Origin: Octopus bimaculoides
Lineage: Eukaryota
Reading direction: 5' to 3'
Length of the DNA stretch: 53,055 bases
Assembly: GCF_001194135.2 (NCBI RefSeq)
Contig: NC_068985.1
Coordinates: 2,060,989-2,114,043 of the forward strand
A program made the position numbers and the translations under genes. How positions within the stretch are numbered: the first letter of the stretch is position 1; each line of letters opens with the position of its first letter. Positions 45,938 through 53,055 of the stretch are shown piece after piece. Below the pieces are notes generated by a model. The model worked only from the letters and a program-made list of their open reading frames with translations. It searched no databases and was not told where the DNA came from.

Positions 45938-46922
45938 GTAGTTTCACTCCTTAGATATGGAGCAGGGGGTAATCTCATGGACAGTAGATGAACTAAACAG
46001 CTTAGACAGAAAGACAAAGAAGTTGTTAACAAGATATGGGACACTCCACCCCAAAAATGATGCAGACAGACTGTATGTACCAAGAAAAAGAGGGAGAAGA
46101 GGACTTATTGGATGTGAACACAGCATTAGAGCAGAAGAAAATAACATAGCATGGTATGTAAAGAATGCCACAGAACCGCTATTATTAGAAGTAACAAGGT
46201 CAGGCTTGTGTAGGATGAAAGATTGCAAAGATAAAGCGCTGTACAAGAAATTGAAAACGAATGAAACTGAAAATAGGTGGGTAAAGAAAAGAATGCATGG
46301 TCAATTTCATGGGGATGTTGTAGATAAGACAGACAGAGAAAAGAGATGGCTGTGGATGACGAAAAGTGATTTAAAACCGGAAATGGAGGCTCTAATCTGT
46401 GCTGCCCAAGAGCAAGCACTAAGAGCAAACTACATAAAATACAGAATAGACAACACAACAGAAAGGGATAAGTGCAGAATCTGTGGACAAAACGGTGAAA
46501 CCATATGGCATATTTACCAGCCAATGTACGCCACTAGCCCAGAAGGAATATAAGAGACGCCATGACAATATAGCAAGGCTTGTCCATTGGACACTTTGCA
46601 ACAAGTATGGACTTGACAGAGCAAAAAATTGGTACGACCACAAACCTGAAAGCATCGTCGAAAATAGAAACGCAAAGATCCTGTGGGATTTCATGATTCA
46701 GGGCGACCATGAGATAGAGAATAGGAAGCCAGACATAGTCTTAATTGAGAAAGAAAACAAACTATGCTGGATCATAGATATAGCATGCCCAGCTGACAAG
46801 GTGTGCGATAAGGAAGAAAGAAAAGTTGAGAGATATGACAGGTTAGCTTGGGAAGTTAAGCAGTTGTGGTCAATGAAAAAGGTGGTAGTAGTACCAATAA
46901 TTGTCAAAGCTCTGAGAACAGT
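45938..46922 (+). pseudogene. R4/Dong family D, 5'-truncated at (AAT)n and 3'-truncated; the best preserved copy
   Basis: ORFs 45957..46553 and 46483..46995 are one frameshift apart: LHPKNDADRLYVPRKRGRRGL, CRICGQNGETIWHI..CTPLAQKEYKRRHDN, WDFMIQ..RKPDIVLIEK..IIDIACP..KVERY. Confidence 0.95.
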
Positions 46923-47084
46923 GGGCCTGGGGCTAAATTACAGCAACATTCATCCTAAACCAGGACTGCCATGTTATGTTGGCAAAAATCTGTAGCCAAT
47001 TTATTACAGATAAATTTTAATAACAAAATCTTATATGGACCCCCTCCCCACCGGGTCCATACACACCCTGGTTGAGAGCCATTT
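46923..47084. mobile_element. Fragment carrying one arm of the 23897-24119 element plus a hAT-like end
   Basis: ctggggctaaattacagcaacatt...gttatgttggc (arm); hairpin ATGGACCC/GGGTCCAT ~47035-47060; ggttgagagccattt resembles the reverse complement of CAGTGGTTCTCAACC-type hAT TIRs. Confidence 0.45.
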
Positions 47085-47543
47085 GTCTGTGGAACCTCAC
47101 TTGACCAAGAATATAACCAATTAATGCCAGGATTGGGTTGAAGTTTTCAAAAGTAAATAATAAGAATTTATTTTATTAACTCTTAATGGGATTAGTCTCA
47201 AGATGGAGAATAAAAATAGTAAAAAAAAAATAACCATCAAAACACTGAAACTAAATTTAATTCTTTTGTCAATATATTTGTTTTAATTTCTTCTCTCACA
47301 TCTTTCTCTCATTTTTCTTTCTCTCTGCTTTTCTCTTCCTTCTCTTGCCTTTCTTTCCTCTTTCATTCTTTCCATTCACTTTCTTTTTTTACATTCTTTC
47401 TTTTTTTCAATGTCTTTAATTCTTTATCACTGTTTGTCTTCAGTCTCCCGTCTATACAAGAATTTCTCTTACAATTTGTTTTTCACTGTCATAAATTCTT
47501 TGCTTGCCCACCTGCTCGTCCACCTGTCAGTCAGTCCACCTAC

Positions 47544-47544
<1 letters not shown>

Positions 47545-47638
<94 letters not shown>
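47545..47638. repeat. (CT)n microsatellite
   Basis: Direct inspection. Confidence 0.95.
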
Positions 47639-47639
<1 letters not shown>

Positions 47640-47819
47640 TATCTTCCATATAATCTGTCTCTTCATTTGTCTAATTTATAGCTTTTGACATTATTACTTT
47701 CACATTTGCTATTTCACATGATTTCAAGTCACCTGGCTGTGCATTCATCCTGCACTTATGTTACAATTATCTTTCACTTACTTTTTTAGCCTCACCTTGA
47801 CCCTGACAAAGAAGACATA

Positions 47820-48345
47820 TCCTCTTCATCTTCGTCATCCACTTCATCCACTTCATTCTCTTCATTCTCTTCATCCCCATCCTCCTCATTCTCATCCTCT
47901 TCATCCTCCTCGTCCTCCTCATCCTCGTCCTCCTCCTCTTCATCCTCGTCTTCCTGATCTCTATCGTCCCATTCTCTTCATCATACTCTTCATCCCCATC
48001 CTCAGCCTCCTTTTCATCTTCATCTTCTTCATCCTCATCATCTTCATCCTCATCATCTTCATCTTCATCCTCTTTCTCCTCATCCACTTCATTCTCATCC
48101 TTCTCCTCATCATCCTTTAATGTCCGTTCTCCCATGCTGGCATGAGTTGCATAGTTTGACAGGAGCTGGAAAGGCTAGAAACCTGACCAGGCTCCAATTG
48201 TCTGTTTTGGTATGGTTTCTACGGCTGGATACTCTTCCTAACACCAACCACTTTACAGAGTGGCACTGGGTGCTTTTTATGTGACACCAGCACTGGTGCT
48301 CTTTACATGGCAGAAACAGCAGTTGGGTTGCCCAAGTAACTTGCA
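47820..48345 (-). mobile_element. RTE/RTEX 3' UTR copy (48113-48345) with a ~300-bp decayed (GAT/GAG)n tail
   Basis: Reverse complement of the 3295-3460 motif set; the tail is continuous with a CAT/CCT low-complexity tract. Confidence 0.75.
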
Positions 48346-48803
48346 AGACAAAGAACTCTCAACTTGAAAGGGAGTATTACCAAGGGAGGTGGCTCTGTGC
48401 CAGGAGAGAGGCTAGCATAGAATAGAGACAGAAATAGGGGTCCAACTATAAAGGAGACACTTGACATACAACTAAAGCCGTTCCAGTTTTGACTTCTCTT
48501 TGGCTCTGAATATCTAAAATAACGTCATCCAGTGTATTTCATCAATATAGTAGGGAGTAATCAAGGACAGTTTAAGGGCCATATCTACCCATTAGATGGC
48601 ACCACATTGAAGGTGAATGACGTCACAAGAAAGAGAGAGGGAAAACAACCATCCTAACAGTCTGGAGAGAAGGGCTGATTTGGCTTGCTAATTGTTCTGT
48701 CATTAAGCTTCACGGGAGGTTCATGTTACAAGCACAAATGAATTCTAGATGCAATGGATGACATCAGGAAATTTGGTTAACTGAATCTCTTCTTTTCATT
48801 TAG

Positions 48804-48988
48804 ATTTAAACAAATGGACAAGAATTTCTAATGAACTTTTCCAGCATTGGATGCCAATGAATCAACATGACTTTACTGCTTTTGGCAGAAGAAATTCCAG
48901 TGAACTCCGTGCATGGATAACAATTAGTGACTGTCGAAAGGATGATTTCCCCTTTCTCCTACACCGATCTGGTGCCAGGAGAAGATGA
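48804..48988 (+). CDS. Candidate terminal coding exon
   Basis: Acceptor ctgaatctcttcttttcatttag followed by a 61-codon open frame DLNKWTRISNELFQHWMPMNQHDFTAFGRRNSSELRAWITISDCRKDDFPFLLHRSGARRR*; not recognised. Confidence 0.3.
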
Positions 48989-49396
48989 GGCCAGGGGTTG
49001 TTGGTAAAATGATTTTAATAAGGTTAACCGTTTTGAGTATTTTCAAACTGTCGAGACCCAAGTACAATATCATTGGATCTCATTACATAACATACACGGT
49101 TATGGTATCAGTGTTGCTTATTCAAAACAGCTGTAAAGACAGAACTTGATTACACCATTTATTTGTATACACAAGTTTCCATGTAAATACGTTCCGTATG
49201 CCTACTTTTGTTTATCTTTTTTTTTTTACTCCCTTGCTTGCTTGATGAAGATTGAGTTTATACTTGGCTCCCTGCCTCTCTGCCTCCTGCTTGGACGAAG
49301 CAGTAAGAGTTTAAGCTTTGGGTACGTCTGAGAACTGCCTGCTGACTATCTATGCTTATTAATGCTTAGTTTAGCATTTTTTATGATATTATTAAT

Positions 49397-49655
49397 ATGA
49401 TGATGGTGGTGATGATGATGATGATGATGATGGTGGTGATGATGATGATGATGATGATAGTGGTGGTGGTGGTGATGATGATGATGGTGGTGATGATGAT
49501 GATGATGATGATAGTGGTGGTGATGGTGGTGGTGGTGATGATGATGGTGGTGATGATGATGATGATGATAGTGGTGGTGATGGTAGTGGCGGTGATGGTG
49601 GTGGTGGTGGTGGTGATGATGATGGTGGTGGTGGTGGTGATGATGTTGATATGAT
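49397..49655. repeat. (GAT)/(GGT) compound microsatellite with higher-order periodicity
   Basis: The marker GATAGTGG recurs with TAG at 49458, 49512 and 49569. Confidence 0.9.
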
Positions 49656-49686
49656 GACAATGATATGTATGAACATGTGTGTGTGC

Positions 49687-49721
<35 letters not shown>

Positions 49722-50396
49722 TGCTCATGTGAGCATGGACTCTATGTGTGCCTCCCTCCTCAATCAAAAACTATTGTTTTGCAGAATATGAAACCCTGCT
49801 GTTTCCATGATTTACATGATGTCTGGCAGAAAGCTAAAAGCCGTTTCTTTCACATTCTGCTGCTTCCCAATATTTTTTCTGATAGTTAAACCATTTATTA
49901 GAAAGAATTTCAGAGACATGTTTCTATCAATTTTTACAACTTTTATGGTTTGTTTACAATTTTCATTTGTTTTGTTTGTTACAGTATACAATTGTTGTTC
50001 ATATTGTTGTTCTTATTATTATCATTATTGTCAATGTTATTGTCGTTGATGTTCTTGATATTTTCTGTTATTGTTATCGCAAAAGAAATCTGCTCCATCA
50101 TTGCCCACTTCACCACCACCATCATCATCATCATCATAATTATCGTATTCCTCCACTGCAGCATTCACTTCCTCCTCCGCCTCCTCCTCCACATCATCAC
50201 CATCATCATCATCATCATCCCCATTATTATTGCTATAATTGTTATTACCCTCCTAAATGAAAGCATTACCAAAAATATGCTGTTTTCATTGTTGTATTTC
50301 CTCCATTGTTGTATGTATTTACGTGTGTGTGTGTGTGTGTGCATGCATCCATGTATGTGTGAGTGTGTATCTATATATATACATATATAAATATAT

Positions 50397-50616
50397 AAGG
50401 CGGCGAGCTGGCAGAATCGTTAGCACGCCGGGCAAAATGCTTAGCAGTATTTTGTCTGCCGTTACGTTCTGAGTTCAAATTCCGCTGAGGTTGATTTTGC
50501 CTTTCAACCTTTCGGGGTCGATTAAATAAGTACCAGTTATGCACTAGGGTCGATGTAATCGACTTAATCCCTTTGTTTGTCCCTTCTGTGTTTAACCCCC
50601 TGTGGGTAATAAAGAA
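50397..50616 (+). mobile_element. SINE family A, CpG-rich (young) copy
   Basis: ggcggcgagctggcagaatcgttagcacgccgggc...gagttcaaattccgc...ggggtcgattaaataagtaccag. Confidence 0.9.
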
Positions 50617-50641
50617 ATATATATAAATATATATATGTATG

Positions 50642-50679
<38 letters not shown>

Positions 50680-50685
50680 TCATCA

Positions 50686-51236
50686 TCATCGTTTAACATC
50701 CGCTTTCCATGCTGGCATGGGTTGGACGATTTGACTGAGGACTGGTGAAACCAGATGGCTACACCAGGCTCCAATCTGATTTGGCAGAGTTTCTACAGCT
50801 GGATGCCCTTCCTAACGCCAACCACTCAGAGAGTGTAGTGGGTGCTTTTACGTGTCACCCGCACGAAGACCAGTCAGGCGGTACTGGCAACGGCCACGCT
50901 CAAAATGGTGTATTTTATGTGCCACCCGCACAAGAGCCCGTCCAGGGGCACTGGCAACGATCTCACTCAAAGGTCCTTCCACATGCTGCGGGCACAAGTG
51001 CCAGAAAGGCGACGCTGGGCACAGGTGCCATCACGATTTCACTTTCGCTTGCCCCAATAAGTCTTCGCAAGCTGAGTATCATCGTTTAACGTCCGCTTTC
51101 CATGCTAGCATGGGTTGGACGATTTGACTGAGGACTGGTGAAACCGGATGGCAACACCAGGCTCCAGTCTGATTTGGCAGAGTTTCTACAGCTGGATGCC
51201 CTTCCTAACGCCAACCACTCAGAGAGTGTAGTGGGT
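50686..51236 (-). mobile_element. Two head-to-tail RTE/RTEX 3' UTR copies (50686-51076 and 51077-51236)
   Basis: The ~160-bp shared segment differs at only a handful of positions; both end aaacgatgat. Confidence 0.88.
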
Positions 51237-51744
51237 CGCACACACACACACAAATACACCCCCCCACACACACACACATACAGTTATACATATGTAAAAG
51301 TGTGTGCGTGTCTTTGTGTATGAATGTATATATATATACATGTATGTGCATAAGTATGTCGGTTGTCCATTGACAGAGTTACTTGACGATTGGATAAAAT
51401 GTCTATATAAAAAAAGGAACAAAAACACAATAGAAGACAATAAAAAATCCATACAGGCAGACAATACAAAGGTGGACAAGAAAAACAAGAAATAGAGGAA
51501 CAGGAAACAAAAGGATGGGTCATTTGTGGCCTTCTTTCATCAGTCAAGTTTCCAGATGTTCCTTACAGTTTCGAGCAGTTACACTTGAGACTGTTCGAAT
51601 CTGGTTGCCCCCAAAAAAGTCCAAGCTAAGAGCATTAGATTTTTTGTATGAAAGCAAGCAAATGTGTACAACAACAAAGACAAAAACGGAAAACATTTTA
51701 CACAATTACAAATACAAACAACAAAAACATAACAACAGGTGTCT

Positions 51745-52040
51745 TTCGACTAATGAGGACAAATCAAATTGTGCTGGCATAGATATAGATCCACGTGGGA
51801 GTGGGTGTGTATTTATGTGTCTATATATTTACATATGTATGTAATGTATATGGAGAACCATGTATTTATGTGTGTGTCTGTGTGTGTGTGTGTGTGTGTG
51901 TTTAGAATTCCACTTACCTTTCTTCTAGCAAAATCCACTCACAAGGTTTTGGTCAAACTCAGTCGAAGACACTTGTCCAAGTTGCAGAAGTATTGGATAG
52001 AACGCAGAACTGCGTATAATTGCAAAGTGGATTTTTTAAT
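51745..52040 (-). mobile_element. SINE family B, degenerate
   Basis: aaatccactcacaaggttttggtc...gaagacacttgtccaag matches the reverse complement of 40385-40445. Confidence 0.6.
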
Positions 52041-53021
52041 CCCATTGCTGTGTTTGAACCTACATCAATAAAGTTTGCATTCATGTTATGATGTTCATAA
52101 TGAGTATGCACACCCACACAAATGTATACATGTGCATGAGTAGGATTACAGATAACCCACAACTTCAGAAAGTGAAGGAATCTGGAGAAGAATTATCAGG
52201 AATAATGGGAAGATGGACAATCATAGAGAAATGTTGAGTTTGACTGATCACTGCGATATTTGAGGGTAAATTATGAGATAGCAGGTGGGTAGGAGACAGC
52301 TCTGGCATTGTGCTTAGCAAGGAAGGCCACAACTGATTAACTGTCAGCTTTGGCAAATCAAGTATACAATGAGTGTTTCTCTTAAGAACTTTGTAAAAGC
52401 AAAGAATTTATATCATAAAGAAACAGACATCTGTGGCTTTCTACATGGAGATAAAGTTAAGCTGTTATTAAAGTCACTGATCTTGGTATCTTTATATAAT
52501 CTCAAATTGAAATTGAATGAATGAAAAAAAAATTAAAACAAACATAAAACAAACAAATTAACAAAAGACAAAATCACTAATTGTTCTGATTCTTCTTTTC
52601 TGTGTCTATAAAATTATTCTACACCTGCTGTATTCTGATTTGAACACTATCCATTCTAATTCCGACTTTGATGGACAAAATGGACATAGCTCTTGTTTCT
52701 TCTTTCTCTTTTTCTTCCTCATTTTCTTCACTATCTGTTTTTCAGTTCGCTTCTTCTCCTTCCTCTCATCTCTTCTTCTCTTCTTTCTCATAGACCAGCA
52801 TCCTTTTTTTTTGTTTTCAAATACGACCAACCATATTGCGCTTTGAACCTGAAGGAATGCTTCAACGGACAAGGCATGGTTTATTGTCTGCCACTTTATT
52901 GTATTTCCACTGCATGAAACTATTAGTAGCTCATATCTAAATACTGTGTGTACTAAACAATGTTTATCTCTCAGTGGAAGAGTGTTTTTCATTGTTGATC
53001 CTACCTATAACAGAACTGTAA

Positions 53022-53055
<34 letters not shown>

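Noticed and set aside
947-53055. Dozens of ORFs rich in I/Y/H/T, poly-Ile, poly-His, poly-Ser, poly-Met or poly-Asp
   Set aside because: They are translations of TA, CA, ATT, CAT and GAT microsatellites or run through N gaps; there is no coding evidence.

Overview
This is an AT-rich, repeat-dense metazoan genomic window with N gaps next to microsatellites. The repeat families and composition suggest an octopus/coleoid cephalopod (inference). No complete protein-coding gene, rRNA, true tRNA or CRISPR array is supportable, and nearly all ORFs in the track are microsatellite or antisense artefacts. The window holds at least eight fragments of four R4/Dong-type non-LTR retrotransposon families (RT + CCHC + restriction-like endonuclease), and every readable microsatellite flank reads (AAT)n on the element sense strand. 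It also holds a decayed RTE LINE, several RTE/RTEX-like fragments with (GAT)n tails, three mariner remnants, three tRNA-headed SINE families and a few weak plus-strand exon candidates. The most notable observations are: (1) an apparently intact minimal type-I hammerhead ribozyme at 626-703, plus a back-to-back pair of hammerhead-bearing Penelope-type repeats with complementary lesions at 31.8-32.2 kb; (2) a GC-rich LTR-like unit at 26.55-27.23 kb with a TATA+Inr promoter ahead of two copies of a compact pseudoknotted RNA module at 279-nt spacing; (3) an R4 element that is circularly permuted to the codon and fused in frame to another R4 family at 6.6-8.2 kb; (4) two inverted R4 copies with 98-99% identical patches embedded in roughly 80-85% identical sequence, suggesting gene conversion; (5) two long foldback elements.
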